This document shows, piece by piece, positions 1 to 10,386 of a DNA stretch of 49,730 bases. Under the pieces are notes generated by a model that was not told where the DNA came from, did no database searches, and worked only from the letters and a program-made list of their open reading frames with translations. Position 1 is the first letter of the stretch; every line of letters starts with the position of its first letter. The position numbers and the translations under genes were made by a program. Source of the DNA: Gemmatimonadota bacterium (GTDB lineage: Bacteria; Gemmatimonadota; Gemmatimonadetes; Palauibacterales; Palauibacteraceae); contig JAZDDE010000418.1 of assembly GCA_036679495.1 (NCBI GenBank), positions 1 to 49,730 of the forward strand. Reading direction: 5' to 3'.

Positions 1-785
1 GCGGAGACTGTATCACCACGCGCCAGCTGGGCCGGCGCTATCCATTCGCCCGCCAGACGCGTCCTCGCCCGGACGCTCAGGGAATCGGTGAAGCGAATCC
101 CCAGGTCTGTCTCGCCCGCACGAAATGCGGCGGTGGCGGCCGTGAGCCAGATCGAGTCACGTGGTACGGCAGTGCCCCGCCCGATTTCGCCCGCCATGGT
201 AACGATTGGCCTCACTGCGCCGAGCTGAGCCAATTCCTGCATGGCACTCAGCAGCAGCCAGTGGGCGACCCCTGGAGCGTCCTCAGCGGCGTCCTCATAT
301 AGGCGGGCAGCCTCTGCGTGGCGCCCGAGCGCAGCCAGGCTCTTGGCCCACAGAACGTAGGTTTCGGCCGATGGAGGTGATCCGCGGGACGCGGCCGAGG
401 CGGCAAAGCTGGCGAAGTGTTCGTCCGCTTCCTCGTGGCGGCCCTGTTCCTGAGCCGATCGTGCCAGGAGCAGGCGGCCGCCGCCCGCGTCCAATTGGTC
501 GAGCCACGTCCGATCTAAGAGCAGCCGATCGACGACTTTCCAGAAACGTGCCTCTGCGTGGGCGCGCGCCGTCAGAAGTAGCTCGTCGGGGGTGGCCCGA
601 TCCGGGTGGAGCGATAGTTCGCGGGCCAGCTCACGGCTCACGGAGAGCGCATAGCCCTCGGCTAGCTGCTGCTCAAGAGCGAGGAGTGTGTCAGCGTCCG
701 TGCCCTGTGCCCCAGCACTCGCCGGAAAGGCCAGCAAACACGCGGCGATCATCCCGGATCTCAGCGCGCTCAAGGAGTTGCTCAT
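1..785 (-). CDS. Exported TPR/helical-repeat protein, 3'-truncated by the window edge (possibly the N-terminus of a soluble lytic transglycosylase)
   Basis: Not in the ORF track because there is no stop in the window. Manual translation from ATG 785 is open to the edge: MSNSLSALRSGMIAACLLAFPASAGAQ (signal peptide ending AGA-Q), then TPR-like segments (LLLARSAQEQGRHEEADEHF; WAKSLAALGRHAEAARLY). Confidence 0.7.
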   Translation of the reverse strand, partial: MSNSLSALRSGMIAACLLAFPASAGAQGTDADTLLALEQQLAEGYALSVSRELARELSLHPDRATPDELLLTARAHAEARFWKVVDRLLLDRTWLDQLDAGGGRLLLARSAQEQGRHEEADEHFASFAASAASRGSPPSAETYVLWAKSLAALGRHAEAARLYEDAAEDAPGVAHWLLLSAMQELAQLGAVRPIVTMAGEIGRGTAVPRDSIWLTAATAAFRAGETDLGIRFTDSLSVRARTRLAGEWIAPAQLARGDTVS

Positions 786-840
786 GAAAGGGTAAATAGG
801 CCGGCACCGAGTGCGGGTAAAGAGCGGCGGCCTAATGCAG

Positions 841-868
841 CAACGGGGCGCCACTGGGCGCCCCGTTG
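841..868. terminator. Perfect 12-bp GC-rich inverted repeat downstream of the TonB-dependent receptor
   Basis: CAACGGGGCGCC-actg-GGCGCCCCGTTG. No clear U-tract, so it may be a terminator or an RNA stability hairpin. Confidence 0.55.
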
Positions 869-910
869 GACTGGTCTGCTCGGAGCGGTAGTCCGCCCAC
901 GGCGTGTAGC

Positions 911-3784
911 CTAGTGCGAGTACGACAGGCGCACTGTGGCCAATCGACCGAGCGCTGGTGATCCCACGAAGCTCGCGTAGTTGTTGTCGAACGCGTTCTG
1001 AATGTCCAGCTGCGCCGTAACGCCACTCCGCGGGAACGTGTACCCCAGTCCGAGATCCACGACGGCATATCCTTCCACTGTCCCAACGAACACTCCGGAG
1101 TTCGCGTCGAAGCCGTCCTGGAACCGTGACCGAACCCGGCCGGACCAACCGCTGTCGGCATTCCGGTAGCGAACTCCAATGGAGCCCTTGGCCGTCGGCG
1201 CGTTGAGGGAAATGATTTCGCTGCCAGCCGTGAACGCTTCGTCACTCACCCAGGCCGCTCCGACCGCGATCTCCCAGTAATCGCTGGCAAGATACGTTAG
1301 CGACAGGTCGGCGCCGCCGAGGTTCAGGCTTCCGATGTTCTGATAGGTCAGAATCATCGTGGCCTCGCTGCCACCCGCCTGTTCTGGCGTGAGCACGCCA
1401 AGCGGAATCACGGCAATAGTTCCGGCCAGGGCCGCCGCCGTGGCATCGGCTGTGGCATCGTCCGGAAAGGCGAGTCCCACAAGTCCTCTGAACTGCGTCG
1501 TCAGGTAGGCTCCGAGCGAACCGCCTTCCAGGAATACGTTGGGCGTAACCAGACGCAGGGCCGACACGTTATCCGAGATATGCGACCAGTACCCGTTGAT
1601 GCCGAGGAGCAGTTTGCCGTTGATCAGCCCCTTGTAGCCGAGCTCTACCGTCTGGGTGATCGTCGGATCCAGAATGTTGATGTCGCTTACTTCGGACAGC
1701 GGCGTGAGCACCGGATCAAACGTCTGAGATCCCAGATCCAGCGTGGCGGCCACTACCGGAACATCCGAGTCACCGGGCGCTGCTATGAGGCCCAGTAGGC
1801 CACCGGCAGCCGGATCCGACGCGGCTACCACGGCCACGGCCTCGGCCCACAGCTGGCCGGTCGTGGTCGGGAGGAACGTGTTGGTCGCTCCGCCCAGAAG
1901 CAGGTTGAACGGCGACTGGTGCATCGGCACACCGTTGGCGTCTCTGAGCAGCTGAAGCCCGTTCTCCGTAACCCCCTGCGCCCGAATGTCGTACCGGAAG
2001 GGTCCGCCGAGCGGCACCGTGCCGCCCGAAATATCGAGGAACAGATTCAGGCTGGTCGGAGTGGAGAACGCTCGGTTGTACGTCAGGCGAACACTGTTCT
2101 CCTGATTGGGTTTGAATACGAGCGCCGCCCTGGGCGAGAACACCAGATCTTCCAGCGCCGTGTGGTGATCCAGGCGCGCCGCCAGTACCAGATCCCACAT
2201 CGGGCTCAGGCCTGTCTCTGACTGAACGTAGCCACCAAACTCGGTGACATCGTCGTCGACATCGTTTTGCCCGTTGATCGTTCCGTCCGTGTCCGGGCGA
2301 GTGCTGATGAAGTCTGCGCCGTACACGAAGCGCTGGTTTTCTCCGAGCCTCGTCGTATGCTGCAACTGCGCGACGAAAATCTTGGACTTGTCCACGAGCG
2401 GCCGGCCGGACCTCAGGAGAAACGTGTCCTGGTTGTCGCTCTTGTTGAAGAACGCCTGGGCGAAGAAATCGCCTACCTGCAACCGGCTCTGCAGATAGTA
2501 ATACGCCCAGTTTCTCACCTGGCCCGCACCGAGCCCGGTGAAATCGACGCTGTTGAGAGCGTTTGTGTAGCCACCGTTCAGGATGATCGAGGTGCCCTCT
2601 TTCGGGCGAATGTCGAATCGTCCGTCGATCGCCCAGCGCTCCAGATCGTAGTCGCGGCCCCCGGCCACGTTGTTCACGAACGTCTGCAGCAGGGCCTGTT
2701 GGTTCGGGTCCGTAAGATCGAGTCCGTTCGAGAAGTTGAGGCAGGACGGATCCGCCAGGCTGAAATTCGTCGCCTGACACGACTGTGCGAGTTGAAGCTG
2801 CTCCAGTTCGACCGGATCCCGAACTCCCAGATCCGTTTCCCAGTCGGTTCCCTGAAAATACTGGCCACTGACCTTGAAGCCGAATTTTCTATCTTCAGTA
2901 CGGGTTGCCAGCCGCGCCTCCAAGAGCGAAACCGACTCGGTACTCGACGAGAGCGTCCCGCCCGGTGCGTCTTCGTCCCCCTGATTCCTGAATCCGGTGG
3001 AGACTGACACGTCCACCCCCGGGTCGTCGATCGGAGAACGGGTTATGGAATGAATGACCCCGTTAGCCGCGTTAGGCCCGTACAAGGCCGAGCCGGGACC
3101 CAGGACGACCTCGATCCTATCCAAATCCCAGTTGTTGGTGGGATCCAGCCAGGTGATGTTCACTCTCAGCGAAGGAACGCGGGCGATTCTGTTGTCAGTA
3201 AGGGTCAGGGTCGCACCCGAAAAGATGTTATTGAATCCACGCGCGACCACATAATTGCTCTGCAGGCCCGTTGCGATTACATCGACCCCGGCCTGATCCT
3301 TTATATGGTCAGCCGAGGTGACCGCGTTGGCCTCCCGAATGTCTTCAGTCGAAACCACCTGCACCGCGGCCGGCGCGTCCAGCACCTTCTCCTCGTGCTT
3401 CGAGGCGGTCACTGTGATGGGGTTCAGGTTGAACGCTCGCTCGACCAGATCTACGCTCAGACTGGTGGTCTGACCCGCTACGACGGTTACGCCAGTCTCG
3501 GTAGGAACGCCCCAACCGGGACTCGAAAACGTGACGGAGTAGACGCCGGCCGGGACCGGAATTCGGTAGGTGCCCGAAGAGCCCGTGAAGTCCCCGGCAA
3601 CCGCCGCATCATCGGCACCAAAGACTTCCACCTGGACGGTCGAAAGCGCCGCGCCGGTCTTGGCATCCTTGACTGTTCCGGCAATAGCGCCGTCCTGAGC
3701 GACCAGAGAACTGGCGTTCAAGCAGACAGCGACCAGTGCGGCGAGGAGCACACGGAACGTAGGGAAGCGAATCAAGGTGCGCAT
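911..3784 (-). CDS. TonB-dependent outer membrane receptor with N-terminal carboxypeptidase-regulatory-like domain
   Basis: Signal peptide, IAGTVKDAKTG domain, TonB-box-like ITVTAS, plug motif RIEVVLGPGSALYGPNAANGVI, C-terminal NAFD..Y barrel end. Start moved to ATG 3784, which has GAGG upstream. Confidence 0.92.
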   Translation of the reverse strand: MRTLIRFPTFRVLLAALVAVCLNASSLVAQDGAIAGTVKDAKTGAALSTVQVEVFGADDAAVAGDFTGSSGTYRIPVPAGVYSVTFSSPGWGVPTETGVTVVAGQTTSLSVDLVERAFNLNPITVTASKHEEKVLDAPAAVQVVSTEDIREANAVTSADHIKDQAGVDVIATGLQSNYVVARGFNNIFSGATLTLTDNRIARVPSLRVNITWLDPTNNWDLDRIEVVLGPGSALYGPNAANGVIHSITRSPIDDPGVDVSVSTGFRNQGDEDAPGGTLSSSTESVSLLEARLATRTEDRKFGFKVSGQYFQGTDWETDLGVRDPVELEQLQLAQSCQATNFSLADPSCLNFSNGLDLTDPNQQALLQTFVNNVAGGRDYDLERWAIDGRFDIRPKEGTSIILNGGYTNALNSVDFTGLGAGQVRNWAYYYLQSRLQVGDFFAQAFFNKSDNQDTFLLRSGRPLVDKSKIFVAQLQHTTRLGENQRFVYGADFISTRPDTDGTINGQNDVDDDVTEFGGYVQSETGLSPMWDLVLAARLDHHTALEDLVFSPRAALVFKPNQENSVRLTYNRAFSTPTSLNLFLDISGGTVPLGGPFRYDIRAQGVTENGLQLLRDANGVPMHQSPFNLLLGGATNTFLPTTTGQLWAEAVAVVAASDPAAGGLLGLIAAPGDSDVPVVAATLDLGSQTFDPVLTPLSEVSDINILDPTITQTVELGYKGLINGKLLLGINGYWSHISDNVSALRLVTPNVFLEGGSLGAYLTTQFRGLVGLAFPDDATADATAAALAGTIAVIPLGVLTPEQAGGSEATMILTYQNIGSLNLGGADLSLTYLASDYWEIAVGAAWVSDEAFTAGSEIISLNAPTAKGSIGVRYRNADSGWSGRVRSRFQDGFDANSGVFVGTVEGYAVVDLGLGYTFPRSGVTAQLDIQNAFDNNYASFVGSPALGRLATVRLSYSH

Positions 3785-3809
3785 TTGAGGCCTCGTATCT
3801 CGTGAGTTG

Positions 3810-3847
3810 AGAAAAAGACAGCCCGAGAGCGAATGACTCCCGGGCTG
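3810..3847 (-). terminator. Intrinsic terminator between exbB and the TonB-dependent receptor
   Basis: Minus strand CAGCCCGGGAG-tcattcg-CTCTCGGGCTG (one G-U pair) followed by TCTTTTTCT. Confidence 0.75.
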
Positions 3848-3889
3848 CTCACCCACTACAGTTTGATTCTCAGCTGGATCCTTTCGGAT

Positions 3890-4597
3890 TCAGATGGCCG
3901 CCCCACGGTCTCGAGCGTGCACGGCGTCGATCATCTTCTGAGCGCTCTCTTCCATGTCGATGACCATCCGGTCGACTTTCGACACGAAGTAATTGTGCAT
4001 GATGTTGATCGGAATCGCGATCGTCAGACCCGCCGCGGTCGTGATCAGGGCGACCTTAATTCCGCCAGCGACCAGTGTGGCTTCCACCTCACCAGCGATT
4101 TCGATCGCCTGGAAGGCCTGGATCATTCCGATCACGGTTCCGAGGAAGCCAAGCAACGGAGCTACGTTCGACAGTGTCGCGAGCCAAACGAGGCCACGCT
4201 CAAGCTCAGCCACCTGCACTGCGCCGGCGTGCTCGATGGCCGCCGTCACACGGTCCGTTCCCTCGTCGTGTCTTTGCAGTCCGGCGGCAAGAATGCGTCC
4301 GGCCGGCGAGGCCGAGTTTTCGCACACGCCCAATGCTTCGGAAAGCCGCCCCCCGGCTACCAGCTCATCGACTTCCTTGAGCAGGCTTCGGTTTTGAGCG
4401 GCCTTCACGTTGAGGTTGAAGAACTTCCAGACGATGATGAGAATTCCGATCGCGAGGCATAAGCCGAGGGGGTACATCATGAACCCGCCCGACGCCCAAA
4501 TGTCGGCGAGATTGAGAGCCTGCCCTTGCCCTAGGTCAGGTGACTCCTGGGCCATCAAAATAACCGCACCGATCGTGCTTACCAATGTGACCTCCAC
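3890..4597 (-). CDS. exbB: MotA/TolQ/ExbB proton channel family protein
   Basis: GGFMMYPL first TM; LATLSNVAPLLGFLGTVIGMIQAF and GGIKVALITTAAGL signatures. The true start may be a few codons downstream. Confidence 0.88.
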   Translation of the reverse strand: MEVTLVSTIGAVILMAQESPDLGQGQALNLADIWASGGFMMYPLGLCLAIGILIIVWKFFNLNVKAAQNRSLLKEVDELVAGGRLSEALGVCENSASPAGRILAAGLQRHDEGTDRVTAAIEHAGAVQVAELERGLVWLATLSNVAPLLGFLGTVIGMIQAFQAIEIAGEVEATLVAGGIKVALITTAAGLTIAIPINIMHNYFVSKVDRMVIDMEESAQKMIDAVHARDRGAAI

Positions 4598-4667
4598 CGT
4601 GAGGGTGTCCGAGATCCCGAGGGGGCTACCCGCCGGACCGCCCCTGTCCCGGACATCGGGGCTGGGG

Positions 4668-4698
4668 AAGCTATTTGGCCGCTTGATACGGTGTCAAG
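4668..4698 (-). promoter_or_regulatory. sigma70-type promoter for exbB with an overlapping palindrome
   Basis: Minus strand TTGACA-N18-TAGCTT. Imperfect palindrome CTTGATAC-g-GTGTCAAG at 4682-4698 covers the -35. Confidence 0.55.
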
Positions 4699-4736
4699 TT
4701 TTGCTAGACTCCGAATGCGGCCTACTTGTTCTCGGA

Positions 4737-5720
4737 TCAGACTTTGATGCAGCGTACCTCCTGATCGACTTCGACTGTCCGTAGCGGAGGCACGGCCACC
4801 CGGCAGTCAGAATCTCGCCGTTCGTGGAAACAGCGGTCATAGAAAGCGCAGCCTGACCCGGCCGCGGTTCCGGCCGACGCATCGCCTTTCAGAATCAGTC
4901 GCTCTCTACCCGGGCCGTCGGTTCCTACTTCTGCTCTCGGCACCGCGGCGATCAGTGCCTTTGTGTAGGGATGCTGCGGGTTTTCAAACAGCTTGTCCGC
5001 CGGACCGGTTTCCACGATTCGGCCCAGGTACATCACCGCCACCCGGTCGGTCATGAGTTGTACTACCGCGAGATCGTGGGCGATCAGCACGTAGGTTAGA
5101 CCGAGCCGGTCCTGCAATTCCGCCAGTAGGTTCAGGACCTGGGCCTGCACGGACACGTCCAGCGCCGAAACTGGCTCGTCCGCAAGCAAGAATTCCGGCT
5201 CGACCGCGAGAGCCCGGGCAATCCCGATGCGCTGCCGCTGGCCACCCGAGAACTCATGTGGATAGCGCCGGCGAGCGGAGACGGAGAGGCCGACCAGATC
5301 CAGGAGCTCGTCTACCCGGTCGTGAGCTGCTTTCCCCTTGGCCAGTCGGTGTACAGCCAGAACTTCCAGCAGAGCACCGCCGACCGTGAGGCGGGGGTTC
5401 AGGGAGCCGAACGGATCCTGAAAAACGATTTGTGCCTTTCGGCGGAAGGCTCTCAGTTCGGGCCTGGAGAGGCTGAACAGATCCTTCCCCCGGTAGCGCA
5501 CGGTGCCGGATGTGGGACGGTCGAGGCCGAGCATGAGTCGGCCCAGGGTGCTCTTGCCGCAGCCCGACTCGCCCACAAGCCCTACTGTCTCGCCGGCGCG
5601 GACCGATAGGGACACACCGCGCACGGCATGTACGACCGTTTGGGACCGGCCGACAGCGCCGGCTGTCCGGAAAGTCCGGGTCAGATCGTCGGCCTCGAAT
5701 AGAATATCCGGAGAGCTCAC
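4737..5720 (-). CDS. oppF: Oligopeptide/dipeptide ABC transporter ATP-binding protein (OppF/DppF)
   Basis: [29 protein letters not shown] and C-terminal Cys cluster. Confidence 0.93.
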   Translation of the reverse strand: MSSPDILFEADDLTRTFRTAGAVGRSQTVVHAVRGVSLSVRAGETVGLVGESGCGKSTLGRLMLGLDRPTSGTVRYRGKDLFSLSRPELRAFRRKAQIVFQDPFGSLNPRLTVGGALLEVLAVHRLAKGKAAHDRVDELLDLVGLSVSARRRYPHEFSGGQRQRIGIARALAVEPEFLLADEPVSALDVSVQAQVLNLLAELQDRLGLTYVLIAHDLAVVQLMTDRVAVMYLGRIVETGPADKLFENPQHPYTKALIAAVPRAEVGTDGPGRERLILKGDASAGTAAGSGCAFYDRCFHERRDSDCRVAVPPLRTVEVDQEVRCIKV

Positions 5721-6700
5721 GAGTCCTGTCTCCGTTCCGGCTCCTCCACCAGCCAGCAGCGCACCGCGGTCGGCCCATCAGCTGCGAGCGGCGGCTCCGT
5801 CGCGTGGCACCTCTGCCAGACATGCGGGCAGCGGGGCGCGAACCTGCAGCCCGACGTCCTCTCAATTGGACTGGGCACCGCCCCGGGTATGGACATCAAG
5901 CGGCCGGGGGCTGTGGGATCGGGTACGGCCCGGAGAAGACCCTCCGTGTAGGGGTGACGAGGTCGCTGAAACAGGTCGGCGACCGGGGCTTCCTCGACGA
6001 TACGGCCGGCATACATCACGGCGACTCGATCCGCCATCTCGGCGACCACGCCCAGGTCGTGCGTGACGAAGAGGATTGCCATTCCTATTTCCTCCCTGAG
6101 TCCGCGGAGCAGCTCCAGGATCTGGGCCTGTATGGTCACATCCAGGGCGGTTGTCGGCTCATCGGCTATCAGCACCGCAGGCTTACACGAGAGCGCCATC
6201 GCGATCATCACACGCTGCCTCATGCCGCCGGACAACTGGTGCGGATAGGCACTGTAGCGAGAGTCCGCGTCTGAGATCCCGACACGTTCGAGAAGCTCTA
6301 GCACCCGTGTGCGGACACTGGCCCTACCGTCGTCGGAATGAGCCCTGATGGCTTCCGAAATCTGTTCACCGACGCGCATCACCGGATTCAGGCTGGTCAT
6401 GGGTTCCTGAAAAATCATGGCGATCTGGCCCCCACGGACCTGACACATCTCGTCTTCGCTCGCCTCCAGGAGTTCTCTGCCGCCGAATTGTACGCTCGAG
6501 CCAGTCATGATCTCACCGGGAGGGGTCGAAATCAGTCCCAGGATCGACAGTGAAGTGACCGACTTGCCGCAGCCTGACTCGCCGACCAGGGCAAGGATCT
6601 CCCCATCTGCCAGATCGAACGATACCCCGTCTACGGCTCGGGCCTCGCCATCATCCGTGTGGAAGTAGGTCCGGAGGTCGCGGACAGAGAGGACGCTCAT
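5717..6700 (-). CDS. oppD: Oligopeptide/dipeptide ABC transporter ATP-binding protein (OppD/DppD)
   Basis: [32 protein letters not shown]. Start ATG 6700 overlaps the oppC stop (ATGA). Confidence 0.93.
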   Translation of the reverse strand: MSVLSVRDLRTYFHTDDGEARAVDGVSFDLADGEILALVGESGCGKSVTSLSILGLISTPPGEIMTGSSVQFGGRELLEASEDEMCQVRGGQIAMIFQEPMTSLNPVMRVGEQISEAIRAHSDDGRASVRTRVLELLERVGISDADSRYSAYPHQLSGGMRQRVMIAMALSCKPAVLIADEPTTALDVTIQAQILELLRGLREEIGMAILFVTHDLGVVAEMADRVAVMYAGRIVEEAPVADLFQRPRHPYTEGLLRAVPDPTAPGRLMSIPGAVPSPIERTSGCRFAPRCPHVWQRCHATEPPLAADGPTAVRCWLVEEPERRQDS

Positions 6701-7737
6701 GCGCTGTGCCGCGGGTCCAGGGCATCGCGAAGGCCGTCGCCTACCAGGTTGAAACTCATCACGGTGAGCACAACAGCCAGGCCGGGGAAGCTCGTGATCC
6801 ACCAGCCGTCGACCATAAAGCGGCTGCCATCGCTGATCACGTTGCCCCACGACGCGGTGGGCGGCGCCACGCCGAGGCCGAGGAAGCTCAATGCGGCCTC
6901 AGCTAGAATCGCGTTTCCGATACCGAGTGTGGCAGCCACGATTACGGGAGTGAGCACGTTGGGCAGTATGTGCCGCGCCATGATTCGTCTGCTGCGAAAG
7001 CCCAGGGCCCGCGCCGCCTGGATGTACTCCCGCTCCCGTAAACTCAGCACCTGACCGCGAACGAGCCGCGCCACTCCCATCCAACCTGTGAGACCGAGTA
7101 CTGCCACGATCAGGAACACAGAGGGTGGAAACACCGCGACGATCGTCAAAAGCAGGATAAGGCGGGGAAAGCTCAGGAACAGGTCGACGATCCGCATGAG
7201 CAGTCCGTCGACCCATCCACCCAGGTAGCCGGCTGTCGCTCCGACGACGACGCCGAGCGTTACCGCGATAAGAATGGATAGAAAGCCGATCGACAGGCTG
7301 ATTCGCCCCCCGTAGAGCACACGGCTCAGAACATCTCGTCCGAGGTGGTCCGTACCCATGAGATGGATCCACGACGGCGTGAGCAGTCGTCCAGCGACCG
7401 GATCGATGGCGTTTGGATCGAACGGGCTGAGCAACGGCGTGAGCAGGGTGGCGAGGCTCAGGAGCAGCAGGATCTGCAACCCCAGGACGGCAGATCGATG
7501 CAGCTTGAACTGACGCAGGCCTATCTCCCACCACGAATGACCGATTGCCGCGGGCGGTGCCAGCCGAGCCCGCACGCCCAACGCCGCGCAAGCAGCCACC
7601 CCGAAGACAAGTGTCGCAAGAGCGATCCAGCCGGCTACATCGCCGCTGACCACCGTGTCCGCCACCCGGGCACGCCGCCACACGCCAAGAGCCAGGAGCA
7701 GGCCGGCGCTCAGGTACCACTTCAGGCCCGGCTTCAT
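6697..7737 (-). CDS. oppC: Peptide ABC transporter permease (OppC/DppC)
   Basis: [46 protein letters not shown]. Confidence 0.93.
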   Translation of the reverse strand: MKPGLKWYLSAGLLLALGVWRRARVADTVVSGDVAGWIALATLVFGVAACAALGVRARLAPPAAIGHSWWEIGLRQFKLHRSAVLGLQILLLLSLATLLTPLLSPFDPNAIDPVAGRLLTPSWIHLMGTDHLGRDVLSRVLYGGRISLSIGFLSILIAVTLGVVVGATAGYLGGWVDGLLMRIVDLFLSFPRLILLLTIVAVFPPSVFLIVAVLGLTGWMGVARLVRGQVLSLREREYIQAARALGFRSRRIMARHILPNVLTPVIVAATLGIGNAILAEAALSFLGLGVAPPTASWGNVISDGSRFMVDGWWITSFPGLAVVLTVMSFNLVGDGLRDALDPRHSA

Positions 7738-8717
7738 TCGCGCGCTCCCAGGCGGATACGCGGATCCACGGCCGCGTACAACAGGTCGGCCAGCAGGTTT
7801 CCGGCGAGCACGATGACGGCGAACAAAAAGCTGGCCGCGGTTACCAGAGGATAGTCACGGGCCAGAATGCCGCCATACAGCAGGCGCCCCATCCCCGGCC
7901 AGGCGAACACAACCTCGATGACGACGGTGCCACCAATCAGTAACGGCAAATAGAGGCCGAGCAAGCTGATCACAGGCAGCAGCGCGTTTCGAAGTGCGTG
8001 CCGCCACATGACGGTGCTCTCACGCAGGCCCTTGGCGCGGGCAGTCCGGATGTAGTCCTGGCCGATGACCTCAAGCATTTCCCCGCGCATGTAGCGGGCT
8101 ACGCCGGCCGCCGAGGCCAAGCCCAGCGCGATCGTCGGCATGACGAGGTGGCGCGCGATGTCTGCCACGCGGCCCAACGGACCCATGAATTCGTGGCTGA
8201 CGTCCCGCATTCCCGAGACAGGCAGGTTCAGCCAGCCGAGCGCACCCGACGAAACCAACAGGACAAGCATGAGGCCCAGCCAGAAGCCGGGTACGGAATA
8301 GATCAGCAACGCGAAAAAGGTGAGGACCGAATCGAACCTGCTGTACTTACGGACCGCTTGCACCGCCCCGACGAAACAGCCCACAACAAAGATCAGCACC
8401 AGGGACACACCGCCTAACAGAAGCGTGCTGGGTAGATGGTCAGCCAGGACACTCGTCACGGGCCGGCCCTCACTGAAGCTGTAGCCGAAATCGCCGCTCA
8501 AGGACAGGCGTAGCCAGCTGGCGTACTGGACGTAGATGGGCTGGTCGAGGCCCATGTTTCGGCGCATCTGCTCCAGAACCTCGGGAGGGATGCGCGGACT
8601 GAAGAAGGTCGATGTCGGGTCGCCCGGGGCGAGATGCAGTATGACGAAGATGAGCGTCACAATCCCCAGAAGCAGGGGGACCGACTGCAAGGCCCGGCGC
8701 AGCGCGTACCTGATCAG
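7734..8717 (-). CDS. oppB: Peptide ABC transporter permease (OppB/DppB)
   Basis: LIRYALRR start, PGDP, GDFGYS, DYIRTARAKGL, HALRNA, DLLYAAVDPRIR. Start uncertain (CTG 8717 versus ATG 8789). Confidence 0.9.
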   Translation of the reverse strand: MIRYALRRALQSVPLLLGIVTLIFVILHLAPGDPTSTFFSPRIPPEVLEQMRRNMGLDQPIYVQYASWLRLSLSGDFGYSFSEGRPVTSVLADHLPSTLLLGGVSLVLIFVVGCFVGAVQAVRKYSRFDSVLTFFALLIYSVPGFWLGLMLVLLVSSGALGWLNLPVSGMRDVSHEFMGPLGRVADIARHLVMPTIALGLASAAGVARYMRGEMLEVIGQDYIRTARAKGLRESTVMWRHALRNALLPVISLLGLYLPLLIGGTVVIEVVFAWPGMGRLLYGGILARDYPLVTAASFLFAVIVLAGNLLADLLYAAVDPRIRLGARE

Positions 8718-8724
8718 AGGCGCT

Positions 8725-10386
8725 TCACCTGCGGTCGTTCGGGTGCACCCACCAGTCGTGTACGGATAGCCAGTCCCCGCGCGCTCCAAATTCCACGCCC
8801 TGTACGCCTCGCACTCCGTTGATCCGGTCCAGGTAGAAGAGGAAGGTATACGGCTGGTCGGCCGCGATGGTCTCGTGGAACCGGCGCAGCAGCCCGCGCA
8901 GCACCTCTCTGTCCTGTACGATGGGAATCGAGTCCATCACCTGGTCCAGGCCCGGATTGCAGTAGCTTGTGTACTGGCTTGGCTGTCCGATCTGATCGCA
9001 GGCCCACGAATCGCGCTCGTCCACGAGCATTTCGCTTACGTTTCCGATGAGAACCGCATCATACCTGCGCTCCGGGCCCGTCACGGCCGGAATCATCGCG
9101 GCGACCTCTCGGATCGCGATCTGGACGTCGATTCCTACCGCGGCCAGGCCTGCCTGCGCGATAACGGCGATATCCTCCCGCTCAGGGTTTGGAGAGATCA
9201 TCAAGTCGAAGCGGAACGGCTGGCCGTTGCGGTCCCGGATCCCGTCACCGTCGCTATCCGTCCAGCCAGACGCGTCGAGCAGAACTTCGGCGGAGTCCGG
9301 GTCTACAGGAAGCGGTCGCCAGTTCGCGTCGTACGCCCAATGCCACGGGCCCAGCGGGCCGGTCGCCACTGAGCCGTAGCCGGACCTGAGGGCGCGCACC
9401 ATGGCGCCTCGATCGATAGCCATGGTCAAGGCTCGTCGCACGTCAGGATCCTGGAAGAAGGGACGCTTGGAATTCCAGGCGATGAAGTCGTACTCGGGAG
9501 CGCTGGTGCCCACCACCCGAACCGCTGCGCTTGACTCCAGAGCCGAAAGCACCGGAGGGGTGAGTTCCACGGCCAGATCGATTCCGCCTGCCCGAAGCTC
9601 CGCGACACGCGTCACGGGGTCTTCAATCTGACGGTATACCAGCCGATCCAGGTACGGACGACCGCCCAGATCTTCGGGAAAATCCTCGTTGGCCTCGAAC
9701 ACCCAACCGTCAGCCGTCCGCTCTACAAACCGGAACGGGCCGTTGCCGACGGGGCTCACGCTTCCAAACGGATGATTGGCCAACTCTTCCGGCGGCGTAT
9801 CGCCGATGATATGGGCCGGAACCAGAGCGGTTCGGGCCCAACCGAAGAACGGTTCGGTGTGGCTGCGGATCGTAAACCGTACGGTTTGCGCATCTACGAT
9901 TTCCGCGGCGTCCCAGTAGTCGAAATAGGAGGCGTTGGGGAACCCGGTGATCGGGTTCTTGGCCAGGTTGAAGGTGAGAATCACGTCTTCGGCCGTGACC
10001 GGCACGCCGTCGTGCCAGGTGGCATCCTCGCGCAAATGAAGAATGACCTGGCTGGTGTCAGCGTTGATTTCCCAGGAACGGGCCAGGTAAGGCTGCGCCT
10101 TGAACTCCTCGTCGAGACGGGCGAGCGGCGCGAACAGCACGAAGACCTGATGCTGATCGCTAATGTAGTCGGTCGTAACGAGAGAGGTCATGGTCTCGAT
10201 ATCGGCGCCGCCGGATACCACAACGGTTCCGCCGTACTTGTCCTCCTCAGCCACCGGAGGGCCGTTCGAGGCAGAACCGTCATCAGCCCCGCCGCATCCC
10301 AGCAGAGCAATAAGGCCGGTCAGAAAAAACGCCGAGTCTCCACGCGGCAGTCGAGGTCCACTCTTCCATCGTAGTTGGCCCGTCAC
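8725..10386 (-). CDS. Peptide ABC transporter substrate-binding lipoprotein (SBP family 5), copy 2
   Basis: Lipobox LLGC, LARSWE, WHDGVPVTAEDV, VRRALTMAIDR, DSDGDGIRD. GTG 10386 overlaps the upstream TGA. Confidence 0.9.
   Translation of the reverse strand: MTGQLRWKSGPRLPRGDSAFFLTGLIALLGCGGADDGSASNGPPVAEEDKYGGTVVVSGGADIETMTSLVTTDYISDQHQVFVLFAPLARLDEEFKAQPYLARSWEINADTSQVILHLREDATWHDGVPVTAEDVILTFNLAKNPITGFPNASYFDYWDAAEIVDAQTVRFTIRSHTEPFFGWARTALVPAHIIGDTPPEELANHPFGSVSPVGNGPFRFVERTADGWVFEANEDFPEDLGGRPYLDRLVYRQIEDPVTRVAELRAGGIDLAVELTPPVLSALESSAAVRVVGTSAPEYDFIAWNSKRPFFQDPDVRRALTMAIDRGAMVRALRSGYGSVATGPLGPWHWAYDANWRPLPVDPDSAEVLLDASGWTDSDGDGIRDRNGQPFRFDLMISPNPEREDIAVIAQAGLAAVGIDVQIAIREVAAMIPAVTGPERRYDAVLIGNVSEMLVDERDSWACDQIGQPSQYTSYCNPGLDQVMDSIPIVQDREVLRGLLRRFHETIAADQPYTFLFYLDRINGVRGVQGVEFGARGDWLSVHDWWVHPNDRR

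Noticed and set aside
206-787. 193-aa plus-strand ORF
   Set aside because: Arg/Pro-rich shadow of a more plausible minus-strand gene that has a signal peptide.
1770-3805. Long alternative-frame and antisense ORFs within the receptor (likewise 46266-47543, 33469-34323 and others)
   Set aside because: Expected in high-GC coding DNA; no recognisable motifs, and they are fully overlapped by well-supported genes.
3848-3889. CTGAGA on the minus strand upstream of the receptor, suggesting a TPP riboswitch
   Set aside because: The other conserved TPP aptamer elements are absent and the space is too short.
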